Positions 33,401 to 48,400 of a DNA stretch of 64,000 bases are shown here, one piece after another. The notes under the pieces were generated by a model that searched no databases, was not told where the DNA came from, and saw nothing but the letters and a program-made list of their open reading frames with translations. The number at the start of each line of letters is the position of its first letter. Position 1 is the first letter of the stretch. The translations under genes and the position numbers were made by a program. Source of the stretch: Macrostomum lignano (Eukaryota); assembly GCA_002269645.1 (NCBI GenBank), contig NIVC01002152.1:62001-126000 (forward strand), written 5' to 3'.

Positions 33401-36400
33401 GACACTGCGATTCCCAAAGACACTGGGATTCCCAAAGACACTGGGATTCCCAAAGACACTGGGATTCACACAGACAATGGGATTCACACAGACAATGGGA
33501 TTCACACCGACAATGGGATTCACACAGACACTGCAATTCACACACCCTGGGATTCCCAGACACTGGGATTCACACAGACACTGGGATTCCCAAAGACACT
33601 GGGATTCCCAAAGACACTGGGATTCACACAGACAATGGGATTCACACAGACAATGGGATTCACACCGACAATGGGAATCACACACACTGGGATTCACGCA
33701 GACACTGGGATTAACAGACACTGGGATTCACGCGGACACTGGGAGTCACACAGACACTGGGATTCACGCAGACACTGGGAGTCACACAGATACTGGAATT
33801 CACAGACACTGACCCACACAGACACAGGGATTTAAAGTGCAATATCAGAGAAAATCTCGTTATGACAAATGATGTCTGGGTGCGGTAGAAAATCTACTTT
33901 ATGAAAAAATCATCTTTATGACGCACCTGTACAGTCCCTCCTCCATCCGTTTCTGCGTCAGAACGTCCTCGTAGTGAACTCCGGTACCACCCCTGCGCCA
34001 GTCCCTGTGCGTGGCCTCCTGGTCCAGTTTGCCGCGCAAGAATTCATTATATTCGCGATTGCGCTCGGCCCGTTTCTGGGCGGCGGCTCGTTCGCGATCG
34101 TCTACGAATGGCAGGGAGGTGTTCTGCGGCCCGGCGTCCGCTGGGATGCCGCGGGGGCTGTGGCGGCCTGCGGACCGGAATGGCGGTTTGGCGCGGCTGA
34201 CTACTAACTAGAATAATTCTGCTTGAATGACTGAAGTCAGCGAGGAGAATGCGGTGACGTCGGTAGAACATGGGAAAAGTGCTTCACTAAATAGGGGTGG
34301 GGCAGGATAGAGAGTAGAGTCGATGTGATACACATAAGAGTTGGTTGGATAGACAAGACATTAAGATTCGGTGGAGAAGACAATAGAATCGGTGGGGTAC
34401 ATGTAGACAGTAGAATCGGTGGGGTACATGTAGACAATAGAATCAGTGGGGTAGACAATATAATCAGTGGGGTGGACAATAGAATCAGTGCGTTGACAAT
34501 AGAATCAGTGGGGTGGACAATAGAATCAGTTGGGTAGACAATAGAATCAGTGGGGTGGACAATAGAATCAGTGGGGTGGACAATAGAATCAGTGGGTAAA
34601 CAATAGAATCAGTTGGGTAGACAATAGAATCAGTGAGGTGGACAGTAGAATCGGTGGGGTGGACAATAGAATCAGTGGGTAAACAATAGAATCAGTTGGG
34701 TAGACAATAGAATCAGTGAGGTGGACAGTAGAATCGGTGGGGTACATGTAGACAGTAGAATCGGTGGGGTACATGTAGACAATAGAATCAGTGGGGTAGA
34801 CAATAGAATCAGTGGGGTAGACAATAGAATCAGTGGGGTGGACAATAGAATCAGTGGGGTAGAAGACAATAAAATCAGTGGGTAGAAAATAGAATCAGTG
34901 GAGTGGATGCTATAAACACAAGCCCGACTAACCAGGCGGTTCAGGCAGAGCCAATGGATCCAATTGTTCAGGTGGCGCCGGCGGAGGCGCAGCTTCAAGC
35001 GCCGGCCTCTGTGGGGCGCCGCCATTGTACGAGCCCTGCGGCTGTCGCAGCTGAGTGACTTGCCGCTCAAGTTCGTCGAGAGTTGGATCAGACGCCGGCG
35101 GAGCCTGTGGCTGCGGCTGCGAAGCGGCGCGAATCGGCTGGCGGTACTGCGATTGCGCGGCTGGCTGCGGCTGCTGCTGACGTGACCGACCGTCGGCCTC
35201 TTTCCGCTTCAAATAATCATTATACTCAGCGTTGCGTTCGCGACGCTTCCGCTGACGCGAGGCGGCCGAATCCCGCTGCCCGATGGCGCCGGACACGCCT
35301 GGCCGGTCGTCTGGCGAAGCGTCGCTGCCGACGCGCCGAGCGGCGGCAGGCTGAGCTCGAGCCTGCAGCTGCTGATACTCCAATCGTCTGGCCTCGTCCA
35401 GCTGTCGCCGGCGGGCCTCATAGTCTCCAAATTTTTCAAAGAAATTCCCATCCTCATCGTAATAGCCGGCTTCGTTTTTAGAGGATCGGCGAGGCTGCTG
35501 AGTCGGCGGCGGCGGCTGCTGCTGCTGTTGTTGAGCTGCACGACGGTCCAGCAGCTGCTGCTGGCGCTTCTGCTGATCGTTGCTCAGCCTGGCAACCAGA
35601 GGCTCCTCGTCGCGATAGTCGTAGCGAGGCGCAGCAACGGACTCCGGCTCGGCCGGCTGATGTTGGGCGAACACGGCCTTCTGGGGCGGCACCTGGGCAC
35701 CGACCGGGTCTGCGGGGCAGTCAGAGTAGCCACAGCAGGGGCGGAGCGGGTTAAAGCGCCTGATTTCCGAGCGACATGTACACTGCCCAACGATGTCATG
35801 CACACCCTGTGTAAGCGTGTGCCTGTGTACGTATCCGGGTCTGTGTGCTCCTAGGCCCCCCGCCATGACTTAACAAAGACTCTCTTGTCCATTTCGTTCG
35901 TGTCCCTTGGCTTGGCTTTCGACAATTTTTATATTGAAGAATTATTGCAATTACGAGATAACTGAAGAATTGATGAATATCTAGACCAGGGTTTGGCGAG
36001 CTATTTACGTCGAGGACCAGGAGAATCCAGTGCCTGACTGCGGGCCAGAGAAAGGAGAGAAGACAGACAATACGAGAGAGGAGAAAGAAGATATGGGATA
36101 GGAAAGGAGAGAGAGGACAGAGGACAGAAGACAGAGAAAAGGAGCGAGAAGAGAGAGGAGAGAAAAGAGAAAAGAGAGAGGAGGGAGAGAGAGGAGCGAG
36201 AGGAGAGAGTTGATAAAAGAGAGAGGAGAGATAAGAGAGGAGCGAGGAGAGAGAGGAGAGAGAGGGGGAAGGAGAGAAGAGACGCAAACCTTGAGCGGGC
36301 CGGATTGCTATTGGGAAGTTTCAAAGAACCTGAGAACCGTAGTTTGCCAACCCCTGCTCTGAGACGTCATGAACGCTGCAGATCAGAACAATTTTGCTCA

Positions 36401-39400
36401 TATTTTACAATATTTCAATGATAATAAAAAATGACACATCCAAACCTATTCTCGCAGTTTTTCTTTGCACTTCAATTTTAGGGAGCAGAAAGATGAGATA
36501 GTTGGACATTTCAGGAGCCATAATCACAGCAGCTGGATTATCTCTGAGGCTATAATTATAAGAATTATAAGAATAAGAATGTTCCTACATACAAGCGGGG
36601 CAGCTGTGACTGATTTGCAAGACAAAAAAATCATCACGAATTGCTGCAGAAATCTGCATTTATACGCTCAATCATCACGTTTGCTAAAACAAGAAACAGG
36701 AATTCAGCAAAATAGAACAGGAGCAATACGGCTTCATTCATTATCCTGCTATTATTTTAACTTCAAAGGGGCAGCCTAGCCTGCAAGTAAACACAGGTTG
36801 TGCGGGTTGGAAAACTGCTTAAGCCTGAATTCTTACAATGCCTTTCATAGGCTGTTTTATGGAGTTTTAGCCATGTGTTTTATGGAGTTTGAGCCAGTTG
36901 TGTTTTATGGAGTTTGAGCCATGTGTTTTATGGAGTTTGAGCCGGGTGTTTTATGGAGTTTAAGCCAGGTGTTTTATGGAGTTTGAGCCAGTTGTGTTTT
37001 ATGGAGTTTGAGCCAGGTGTTTTATGGAGTTTTAGCCAGGTGTTTTATGGAGTTTTAGCCAGTTGTGTTTTATGGAGTTTTAGCCAGTTGTGTTTTATGG
37101 AGTTTGAGCCGGGTGTTTTATGGAGTTTAAGCCAGGTGTTTTATGGAGTTTTAGCCAGTTGTGTTTTATGGAGTTTGAGCCATGTGTTTTATGGAGTTTG
37201 AGCCGGGTGTTTTATGGAGTTTAAGCCGGGTGTTTTATGGAGTTTAAGCCAGGTGTTTTATGGAGTTTGAGCCAGTTGTGTTTTATGGAGTTTGAGCCAG
37301 GTGTTTTATGGAGTTTTAGCCAGGTGTTTTATGGAGTTTTAGCCAGTTGTGTTTTATGGAGTTTTAGCCAGTTGTGTTTTATGGAGTTTGAGCCAGGTGT
37401 TTTATGGAGTTTAAGCCAGGTGTTTTATGGAGTTTGAGCCAGTTGTGTTTTATGGAGTTTGAGCCATGTGTTTTATGGAGTTTGAGCCGGGTGTTTTATG
37501 GAGTTTAAGCCAGGTGTTTTATGGAGTTTGAGCCAGTTGTGTTTTATGGAGTTTGAGCCAGTTGTGTTTCATGGAGTTTGAGCCAGGTGTTTTATGGAGT
37601 TTTAGCCAGGTGTTTTATGGAGTTTTAGCCAGTTGTGTTTTATGGAGTTTTAGCCAGTTGTGTTTTATGGAGTTTGAGCCGGGTGTTTTATGGAGTTTAA
37701 GCCAGGTGTTTTATGGAGTTTGAGCCAGTTGTGTTTTATGGAGTTTGAGCCATGTGTTTTATGGAGTTTGAGCCGGGTGTTTTATGGAGTTTAAGCCGGG
37801 TGTTTTATGGAGTTAAAGCCAGGTGTTTTATGGAGTTTGAGCCAGTTGTGTTTTATGGAGTTTGAGCCAGGTGTTTTATGGAGTTTTAGCCAGGTGTTTT
37901 ATGGAGTTTTAGCCAGTTGTGTTTTATGGAGTTTTAGCCAGTTGTGTTTTATGGAGTTTGAGCCGGGTGTTTTATGGAGTTTAAGCCAGGTGTTTTATGG
38001 AGTTTGAGCCAGTTGTGTTTTATGGAGTTTGAGCCATGTGTTTTATGGAGTTTGAGCCGGGTGTTTTATGGAGTTTAAGCCAGGTGTTTTATGGAGTTTG
38101 AGCCAGTTGTGTTTTATGGAGTTTGAGCCAGTTGTGTTTCATGGAGTTTGAGCCAGGTGTTTTATGGAGTTTTAGCCAGGTGTTTTATGGAGTTTTAGCC
38201 AGTTGTGTTTTATGGAGTTTTAGCCAGTTGTGTTTTATGGAGTTTTAGCCATGTGTTTTATGGAGTTTGAGCCAGTTGTGTTTTATGGAGTTTGAGCCAT
38301 GTGTTTTATGGAGTTTGAGCCGGGTGTTTTATGGAGTTTAAGCCAGGTGTTTTATGGAGTTTGAGCCAGTTGTGTTTTATGGAGTTTGAGCCAGTTGTGT
38401 TTCATGGAGTTTGAGCCAGGTGTTTTATGGAGTTTTAGCCAGGTGTTTTATGGAGTTTTAGCCAGTTGTGTTTTATGGAGTTTTAGCCAGTTGTGTTTTA
38501 TGGAGTTTGAGCCAGGTGTTTTATGGAGTTTTAGCCAGTTGTGTTTTATGGAGTTTGAGCCATGTGTTTTATGGAGTTTAAGCCAGGTGTTTTATGGAGT
38601 TTGAGCCAGTTGTGTTTTATGGAGCTTGAGCCAGTTGTGTTTCATGGAGTTTGAGCCAGGTGTTTTATGGAGTTTAAGCCAGGTGTTTTATGGAGTTTGA
38701 GCCAGTTGTGTTTTATGGAGTTTGAGCCATGTGTTTTATGGAGTTTGAGCCGGGTGTTTTATGGAGTTTGAGCCAGGTGTTTTATGGAGTTTTAGCCAGT
38801 TGTGTTTTATGGAGTTTTAGCCAGTTGTGTTTTTCATGGAGTTTGAGCCGGGTGTTTTATGGAGTTTAAGCCAGGTGTTTTATGGAGTTTGAGCCAGTTG
38901 TGTTTTATGGAGTTTGAGCCATGTGTTTTATGGAGTTTGAGCCGGGTGTTTTATGGAGTTTGAGCCGGGTGTTTTATGGAGTTTTAGCCAGTTGTGTTTT
39001 ATGGAGTTTTAGCCAGTTGTGTTTTATGGAGTTTTAGCCATGTGTTTTATGGAGTTTTAGCCATGTGTTTTATGGAGTTTGAGCCAGGTGTTTTATGGAG
39101 TTTTAGCCAGTTGTGTTTTATGGAGTTTGAGCCATGTGTTTTATGGAGTTTGAGCCGGGTGTTTTATGGAGTTTAAGCCAGGTGTTTTATGGAGTTTGAG
39201 CCAGTTGTGTTTTATGGAGTTTGAGCCAGTTGTGTTTCATGGAGTTTGAGCCAGGTGTTTTATGGAGTTTTAGCCAGGTGTTTTATGGAGTTTGAGCCAG
39301 TTGTGTTTTATGGAGTTTTAGCCAGTTGTGTTTTATGGAGTTTTAGCCATGTGTTTTATGGAGTTTGAGCCAGGTGTTTTATGGAGTTTGAGCCAGGTGT

Positions 39401-42400
39401 TTTATGGAGTTTAAGCCAGTTGTGTTTTATGGAGTTTGAGCCAGGTGTTTTATGGAGTTTGAGCCAGTTGTGTTTTATGGAGTTTGAGCCAGTTGTGTTT
39501 TATGGAGTTTTAGCCAGTTGTGTTTTATGAAGTTTTAGCCAGTTGTGTTTTATGGAGTTTGAGCCAGTTGTGTTTCATGGAGTTTGAGCCAGGTGTTTTA
39601 TGGAGTTTTAGCCATGTGTTTTATGGAGTTTTAGCCAGTTGTGTTTTATGGAGTTTGAGCCATGTGTTTTATGGAGTTTGAGCCAGGTGTTTTATGGAGT
39701 TTGAGCCAGGTGTTTTATGGAGTTTGAGCCAGGTGTTTTATGGAGTTTGAGCCAGTGCAGTTGTGTTTTATGGAGTTTGGGCCAGGTGCTTCATGGAGTT
39801 TGAGCCAGTTGTGTTTTATGGAGTTTGAGCCAGTTGTGTTTTATGGAGTTTGAGCCAGGTGTTTTATGGAGTTTGAGCCAGTGCAGTTGTGTTTTATGGA
39901 GTTTGAGCCAGGTGTTTTATGGAGTTTGAGCCAGGTGTTTTATGGAGTTTGGGCCAGGTGCTTCATGGAGTATTAGCCATGTGTTTTATGGAGTTTGAGC
40001 CAGTTGTGTTTTATGGAGCTTGAGCCAGGTGTTTTATGGAGTTTGAGCCAGGTGTTTTATGGAGTTTGAGCCAGTTGTGTTTTATGGAGCTTGAGCCAGG
40101 TGTTTTATGGAGTTTGAGCCAGGTGTTTTATGGAGTTTGAGCCAGGTGTTTTATGGAGTTTGAGCCAGGTGTTTTATGGAGTTTGAGCCAGTTGTGTTTG
40201 ATGGAGTTTGAGCCAGGTGTTTCATGGAGTTTGAGCCAGGTGTTTCATGGAGTTTGAGCCAGGTGTTTTATGGAGTTTGAGCCAGGTGTTTTATGGAGTT
40301 TGAGCCATGTGTTTTATGGAGTTTGAGCCGGGTGTTTTATGGAGTTTAAGCCGGGTGTTTTATGGAGTTTAAGCCAGGTGTTTTATGGAGTTTGAGCCAG
40401 TTGTGTTTTATGGAGTTTGAGCCAGGTGTTTTATGGAGTTTTAGCCAGGTGTTTTATGGAGTTTAAGCCAGGTGTTTTATGGAGTTTGAGCCAGTTGTGT
40501 TTTATGGAGTTTGAGCCAGGTGTTTTATGGAGTTTTAGCCAGGTGTTTTATGGAGTTTTAGCCAGTTGTGTTTTATGGAGTTTTAGCCAGTTGTGTTTTA
40601 TGGAGTTTGAGCCAGGTGTTTTATGGAGTTTAAGCCAGGTGTTTTATGGAGTTTGAGCCAGTTGTGTTTTATGGAGTTTGAGCCATGTGTTTTATGGAGT
40701 TTGAGCCGGGTGTTTTATGGAGTTTAAGCCAGGTGTTTTATGGAGTTTGAGCCAGTTGTGTTTTATGGAGTTTGAGCCAGTTGTGTTTCATGGAGTTTGA
40801 GCCAGGTGTTTTATGGAGTTTTAGCCAGGTGTTTTATGGAGTTTTAGCCAGTTGTGTTTTATGGAGTTTTAGCCAGTTGTGTTTTATGGAGTTTGAGCCG
40901 GGTGTTTTATGGAGTTTAAGCCAGGTGTTTTATGGAGTTTGAGCCAGTTGTGTTTTATGGAGTTTGAGCCATGTGTTTTATGGAGTTTGAGCCGGGTGTT
41001 TTATGGAGTTTAAGCCGGTGTTTTATGGAGTTAGCCAGGTGTTTTATGGAGTTTGAGCCAGTTGTGTTTTATGGAGTTTGAGCCAGGTGTTTTATGGAGT
41101 TTTAGCCAGGTGTTTTATGGAGTTTTAGCCAGTTGTGTTTTATGGAGTTTTAGCCAGTTGTGTTTTATGGAGTTTGAGCCGGTGTTTTATGGAGTTTAAG
41201 CCAGGTGTTTTATGGAGTTTGAGCCAGTTGTGTTTTATGGAGTTTGAGCCATGTGTTTTATGGAGTTTGAGCCGGGTGTTTTATGGAGTTTAAGCCAGGT
41301 GTTTTATGGAGTTTGAGCCAGTTGTGTTTTATGGAGTTTGAGCCAGTTGTGTTTCATGGAGTTTGAGCCAGGTGTTTTATGGAGTTTTAGCCAGGTGTTT
41401 TATGGAGTTTTAGCCAGTTGTGTTTTATGGAGTTTTAGCCAGTTGTGTTTTATGGAGTTTTAGCCATGTGTTTTATGGAGTTTGAGCCAGTTGTGTTTTA
41501 TGGAGTTTGAGCCATGTGTTTTATGGAGTTTGAGCCGGTGTTTTATGGAGTTTAAGCCAGGTGTTTTATGGAGTTTGAGCCAGTTGTGTTTTATGGAGTT
41601 TGAGCCAGTTGTGTTTCATGGAGTTTGAGCCAGGTGTTTTATGGAGTTTTAGCCAGGTGTTTTATGGAGTTTTAGCCAGTTGTGTTTTATGGAGTTTTAG
41701 CCAGTTGTTTTTATGGAGTTTGAGCCAGGTGTTTTATGGAGTTTTAGCCAGTTGTGTTTTATGGAGTTTGAGCCATGTGTTTTATGGAGTTTGAGCCGGG
41801 TGTTTTATGGAGTTTGAGCCAGTTGTGTTTTATGGAGTTTGAGCCAGTTGTGTTTCATGGAGTTTGAGCCAGGTGTTTTATGGAGTTTAAGCCAGGTGTT
41901 TTATGGAGTTTGAGCCAGTTGTGTTTTATGGAGTTTGAGCCATGTGTTTTATGGAGTTTGAGCCGGTGTTTTATGGAGTTTGAGCCAGGTGTTTTATGGA
42001 GTTTTAGCCAGTTGTGTTTTATGGAGTTTTAGCCAGTTGTGTTTTATGGAGTTTGAGCCGGTGTTTTATGGAGTTTAGCCAGGTGTTTTATGGAGTTTGA
42101 GCCAGTTGTGTTTTATGGAGTTTGAGCCATGTGTTTTATGGAGTTTGAGCCGGTGTTTTATGGAGTTTGAGCCGGGTGTTTTATGGAGTTTTAGCCAGTT
42201 GTGTTTTATGGAGTTTTAGCCAGTTGTGTTTTATGGAGTTTTAGCCATGTGTTTTATGGAGTTTTAGCCATGTGTTTTATGGAGTTTGAGCCAGGTGTTT
42301 TATGGAGTTTTAGCCAGTTGTGTTTTATGGAGTTTGAGCCATGTGTTTTATGGAGTTTGAGCCGGTGTTTTATGGAGTTTAGCCAGGTGTTTTATGGAGT

Positions 42401-45400
42401 TTGAGCCAGTTGTGTTTTATGGAGTTTGAGCCAGTTGTGTTTTATGGAGTTTGAGCCAGGTGTTTTATGGAGTTTTAGCCAGGTGTTTTATGGAGTTTGA
42501 GCCAGTTGTGTTTTATGGAGTTTTAGCCAGTTGTGTTTTATGGAGTTTTAGCCATGTGTTTTATGGAGTTTGAGCCAGGTGTTTTATGGAGTTTGAGCCA
42601 GGTGTTTTATGGAGTTTAGCCAGTTGTGTTTTATGGAGTTTGAGCCAGGTGTTTTATGGAGTTTGAGCCAGTTGTGTTTTATGGAGTTTGAGCCAGTTGT
42701 GTTTTATGGAGTTTTAGCCAGTTGTGTTTTATGGAGTTTTAGCCAGTTGTGTTTTATGGAGTTTGAGCCAGTTGTGTTTCATGGAGTTTGAGCCAGGTGT
42801 TTTATGGAGTTTTAGCCATGTGTTTTATGGAGTTTTAGCCAGTTGTGTTTTATGGAGTTTGAGCCATGTGTTTTATGGAGTTTGAGCCAGGTGTTTTATG
42901 GAGTTTGAGCCAGGTGTTTTATGGAGTTTGAGCCAGGTGTTTTATGGAGTTTGAGCCAGTGTTTTATGGAGTTTGAGCCAGTTGTGTTTTATGGAGTTTG
43001 AGCCAGGTGTTTTATGGAGTTTGAGCCAGTTGTGTTTTATGGAGTTTGAGCCAGTTGTGTTTTATGGAGTTTGAGCCAGGTGTTTTATGGAGTTTGAGCC
43101 AGTGTGTTTTTATGGAGTTTGAGCCAGGTGTTTTATGGAGTTTGAGCCAGGTGTTTTATGGAGTTTGCCAGGTGTTTTATGGAGTTTGAGCCAGTGTTTT
43201 ATGGAGTTTGAGCCAGGTGTTTTATGGAGTTTGAGCCAGGTGTTTTATGGAGTTTGAGCCAGGTGTTTTATGGAGTTTGAGCCAGTTGTGTTTTATGGAG
43301 TTTGAGCCAGGTGTTTTATGGAGTTTGAGCCAGGTGTTTTATGGAGTTTGAGCCAGGTGTTTTATGGAGTTTGAGCCAGGTGTTTTATGGAGTTTGAGCC
43401 AGGTGTTTTATGGAGTTTGAGCCAGGTGTTTTATGGAGTTTGAGCCAGGTGTTTTATGGAGTTTGAGCCAGGTGTTTTATGGAGTTTGAGCCAGGTGTTT
43501 TATGGAGTTTGAGCCAGTGTTTTATGGAGTTTGAGCCAGGTGTTTTATGGAGTTTGAGCCAGTTGTGTTTTATGGAGTTTGAGCCAGGTGTTTTATGGAG
43601 TTTGAGCCAGGTGTTTTATGGAGTTTGAGCCAGGTGTTTTATGGAGTTTGAGCCAGTGTTTTATGGAGTTTGAGCCAGGTGTTTTATGGAGTTTGAGCCA
43701 GGTGTTTTATGGAGTTTTAGCCAGTTGTGTTTTATGGAGTTTGAGCCAGTTGTGTTTTATGGAGTTTGAGCCAGTGTTTTATGGAGTTTGAGCCAGGTGT
43801 TTTATGGAGTTTGAGCCAGTTGTGTTTTATGGAGTTTGAGCCAGGTGTTTTATGGAGTTTGAGCCAGGTGTTTTATGGAGTTTGAGCCAGGTGTTTTATG
43901 GAGTTTGAGCCAGGTGTTTTATGGAGTTTGAGCCAGGTGTTTTATGGAGTTTGAGCCAGTGTTTTATGGAGTTTGAGCCAGGTGTTTTATGGAGTTTGAG
44001 CCAGTTGTGTTTGATGGAGTTTGAGCCAGGTGTTTCATGGAGTTTGAGCCAGGTGTTTTATGGAGTTTGAGCCAGGTGTTTTATGGAGTTTGAGCCATGT
44101 GTTTTATGGAGTTTGAGCCGGTGTTTTATGGAGTTTGAGCCAGGTGTTTTATGGAGTTTTAGCCAGTTGTGTTTTATGGAGTTTTAGCCAGTTGTGTTTT
44201 ATGGAGTTTGAGCCAGTGTTTTATGGAGTTTGAGCCAGGTGTTTTATGGAGTTTGAGCCAGTTGTGTTTTATGGAGTTTGAGCCAGTGTTTTATGGAGTT
44301 TGAGCCAGGTGTTTTATGGAGTTTGAGCCAGGTGTTTTATGGAGTTTGAGCCAGTTGTGTTTTATGGAGTTTGAGCCAGTTGTGTTTTATGGAGTTTGAG
44401 CCAGGTGTTTTATGGAGTTTTAGCCAGTTGTGTTTTATGGAGTTTTAGCCAGTTGTGTTTTATGGAGTTTTAGCCAGTGTGTTTTATGGAGTTTGAGCCA
44501 GGTGTTTTATGGAGTTTGAGCCAGGTGTTTTATGGAGTTTGAGCCAGTTGTGTTTTATGGAGTTTGAGCCAGTTGTGTTTTATGGAGTTTGAGCCAGGTG
44601 TTTTATGGAGTTTGAGCCAGTTGTGTTTTATGGAGTTTGAGCCAGTTGTGTTTTATGGAGTTTTAGCCAGTTGTGTTTTATGGAGTTTGAGCCAGTTGTG
44701 TTTTATGGAGTTTGAGCCAGGTGTTTTATGGAGTTTGAGCCAGGTGTTTTATGGAGTTTGAGCCATGTGTTTTATGGAGTTTGAGCCAGGTGTTTTATGG
44801 AGTTTGAGCCAGGTGTTTTATGGAGTTTGAGCCAGGTGTTTTATGGAGTTTGAGCCAGGTGTTTTATGGAGTTTGAGCCAGGTGTTTTATGGAGTTTGAG
44901 CCAGTGTGTGTTTATGGAGTTTGGCCAGGTGTTTTATGGAGTTTGAGCCAGTTGTGTTTTATGGAGTTTGAGCCAGTTGTGTTTTATGGAGTTTGAGCCA
45001 GGTGTTTTATGGAGTTTGAGCCAGGTTGTGTTTTATGGAGTTTGAGCCAGGTGTTTTATGGAGTTTGAGCCAGGTGTTTTATGGAGTTTGGCCAGGTGTT
45101 TTATGGAGTTTGAGCCATGTGTTTTATGGAGTTTGAGCCAGTTGTGTTTTATGGAGTTTGAGCCAGGTGTTTTATGGAGTTTGAGCCAGGTGTTTTATGG
45201 AGTTTGAGCCAGGTGTTTTATGGAGTTTGAGCCAGGTGTTTTATGGAGTTTGAGCCAGGTGTTTTATGGAGTTTGAGCCAGGTGTTTTATGGAGTTTGAG
45301 CCAGGTGTTTTATGGAGTTTGAGCCAGGTGTTTTATGGAGTTTGAGCCAGGTGTTTTATGGAGTTTGAGCCAGTGTTTTATGGAGTTTGAGCCAGGTGTT

Positions 45401-48400
45401 TTATGGAGTTTGAGCCAGTGTGTGTTTTATGGAGTTTGGCCAGGTGTTTTATGGAGTTTGAGCCAGTTGTGTTTTATGGAGTTTGAGCCAGTTGTGTTTT
45501 ATGGAGTTTGAGCCAGGTGTTTTATGGAGTTTGAGCCAGTTGTGTTTTATGGAGTTTGAGCCAGGTGTTTTATGGAGTTTGAGCCAGGTGTTTTATGGAG
45601 TTTGGCCAGGTGTTTTATGGAGTTTAGCCAGTGTTTTATGGAGTTTGAGCCAGTTGTGTTTTATGGAGTTGAGCCAGGTGTTTTATGGAGTTTGAGCCAG
45701 GTGTTTTATGGAGTTTGAGCCAGTTGTGTTTTATGGAGTTTGAGCCAGGTGTTTTATGGAGTTTGAGCCAGGTGTTTTATGGAGTTTGAGCCAGGTGTTT
45801 TATGGAGTTTGAGCCAGGTGTTTTATGGAGTTTGAGCCAGGTGTTTTATGGAGTTTGAGCCAGGTGTTTTATGGAGTTTGAGCCAGGTGTTTTATGGAGT
45901 TTGAGCCAGGTGTTTTATGGAGTTTGAGCCAGGTGTTTTATGGAGTTTGAGCCAGTTGTGTTTGATGGAGTTTGAGCCAGTTGTGTTTGATGGAGTTTGA
46001 GCCAGGTGTTTTATGGAGTTTGAGCCAGTTGTGTTTTATGGAGTTTTAGCCAGTTGTGTTTTATGGAGTTTGAGCCATGTGTTTTATGGAGTTTGAGCCA
46101 GGTGTTTTATGGAGTTTTAGCCAGTTGTGTTTTATGGAGTTTGAGCCATGTGTTTTATGGAGTTTGAGCCAGGTGTTTTATGGAGTTTAGCCAGGTGTTT
46201 TATGGAGTTTGAGCCAGTTGTGTTTTATGGAGTTTGAGCCAGTTGTGTTTTATGGAGTTGAGCCAGGTGTTTTATGGAGTTTTAGCCAGGTGTTTTATGG
46301 AGTTTGAGCCAGTTGTGTTTTATGGAGTTTTAGCCAGTTGTGTTTTATGGAGTTTTAGCCATGTGTTTTATGGAGTTTGAGCCAGGTGTTTTATGGAGTT
46401 TGAGCCAGGTGTTTTATGGAGTTTAGCCAGTTGTGTTTTATGGAGTTTGAGCCAGGTGTTTTATGGAGTTTGAGCCAGTTGTGTTTTATGGAGTTTGAGC
46501 CAGTTGTGTTTTATGGAGTTTTAGCCAGTTGTGTTTTATGGAGTTTTAGCCAGTTGTGTTTTATGGAGTTTGAGCCAGTTGTGTTTCATGGAGTTTGAGC
46601 CAGGTGTTTTATGGAGTTTTAGCCATGTGTTTTATGGAGTTTTAGCCAGTTGTGTTTTATGGAGTTTGAGCCAGGTGTTTTATGGAGTTTGAGCCAGGTG
46701 TTTTATGGAGTTTGAGCCAGGTGTTTTATGGAGTTTGAGCCAGGTGTTTTATGGAGTTTGAGCCAGTGCAGTTGTGTTTTATGGAGTTTGGCCAGGTGTT
46801 CATGGAGTTTGAGCCAGTTGTGTTTTATGGAGTTTGAGCCAGTTGTGTTTTATGGAGTTTGAGCCAGGTGTTTTATGGAGTTTGAGCCAGTGCAGTTGTG
46901 TTTTATGGAGTTTGAGCCAGGTGTTTTATGGAGTTTGAGCCAGGTGTTTTATGGAGTTTGGCCAGGTGTTCATGGAGTTTAGCCATGTGTTTTATGGAGT
47001 TTGAGCCAGTTGTGTTTTATGGAGTTGAGCCAGGTGTTTTATGGAGTTTGAGCCAGGTGTTTTATGGAGTTTGAGCCAGTTGTGTTTTATGGAGTTTGAG
47101 CCAGGTGTTTTATGGAGTTTGAGCCAGGTGTTTTATGGAGTTTGAGCCAGGTGTTTTATGGAGTTTGAGCCAGGTGTTTTATGGAGTTTGAGCCAGTTGT
47201 GTTTTATGGAGTTTGAGCCAGGTGTTTTATGGAGTTTGAGCCAGGTGTTTTATGGAGTTTGAGCCAGGTGTTTTATGGAGTTTGAGCCAGGTGTTTTATG
47301 GAGTTTGAGCCATGTGTTTTATGGAGTTTGAGCCAGGTGTTTTATGGAGTTTGAGCCAGTTGTGTTTGATGGAGTTTGAGCCAGTTGTGTTTGATGGAGT
47401 TTGAGCCAGGTGTTTTATGGAGTTTGAGCCAGGTGTTTTATGGAGTTTGAGCCATGTGTTTTATGGAGTTTGAGCCAGGTGTTTTATGGAGTTTGAGCCA
47501 GGTGTTTTATGGAGTTTTAGCCAGTTGTGTTTTATGGAGTTTTAGCCAGTTGTGTTTGATGGAGTTTTAGCCATGTGTTTTATGGAGTTTGAGCCAGGTG
47601 TTTTATGGAGTTTTAGCCAGTTGTGTTTTATGGAGTTTGAGCCAGGTGTTTGATGGAGTTTGAGCCAGGTGTTTTATGGAGTTTGAGCCAGGTGTTTTAT
47701 GGAGTTTGAGCCAGGTGTTTTATGGAGTTTGAGCCAGGTGTTTTATGGAGTTTGAGCCATGTGTTTTATGGAGTTTGAGCCAGGTGTTTTATGGAGTTTG
47801 AGCCAGTTGTGTTTGATGGAGTTTGAGCCAGTTGTGTTTGATGGAGTTTGAGCCAGGTGTTTTATGGAGTTTGAGCCAGGTGTTTTATGGAGTTTGAGCC
47901 ATGTGTTTTATGGAGTTTGAGCCGGGTGTTTTATGGAGTTTGAGCCGGGTGTTTTATGGAGTTTTAGCCAGTTGTGTTTTATGGAGTTTTAGCCAGTTGT
48001 GTTTGATGGAGTTTTAGCCATGTGTTTTATGGAGTTTGAGCCAGGTGTTTTATGGAGTTTTAGCCAGTTGTGTTTTATGGAGTTTGAGCCATGTGTTTTA
48101 TGGAGTTTGAGCCAGGTGTTTTATGGAGTTTGAGCCAGGTGTTTTATGGAGTTTGAGCCAGTTGTGTTTTATGGAGTTTGAGCCAGTTGTGTTTTATGGA
48201 GTTTGAGCCAGGTGTTTTATGGAGTTTTAGCCAGGTGTTTTATGGAGTTTTAGCCAGTTGTGTTTTATGGAGTTTTAGCCAGTTGTGTTTTATGGAGTTT
48301 TAGCCATGTGTTTTATGGAGTTTGAGCCAGGTGTTTTATGGAGTTTGAGCCAGGTGTTTTATGGAGTTTGAGCCAGTTGTGTTTTATGGAGTTTGAGCCA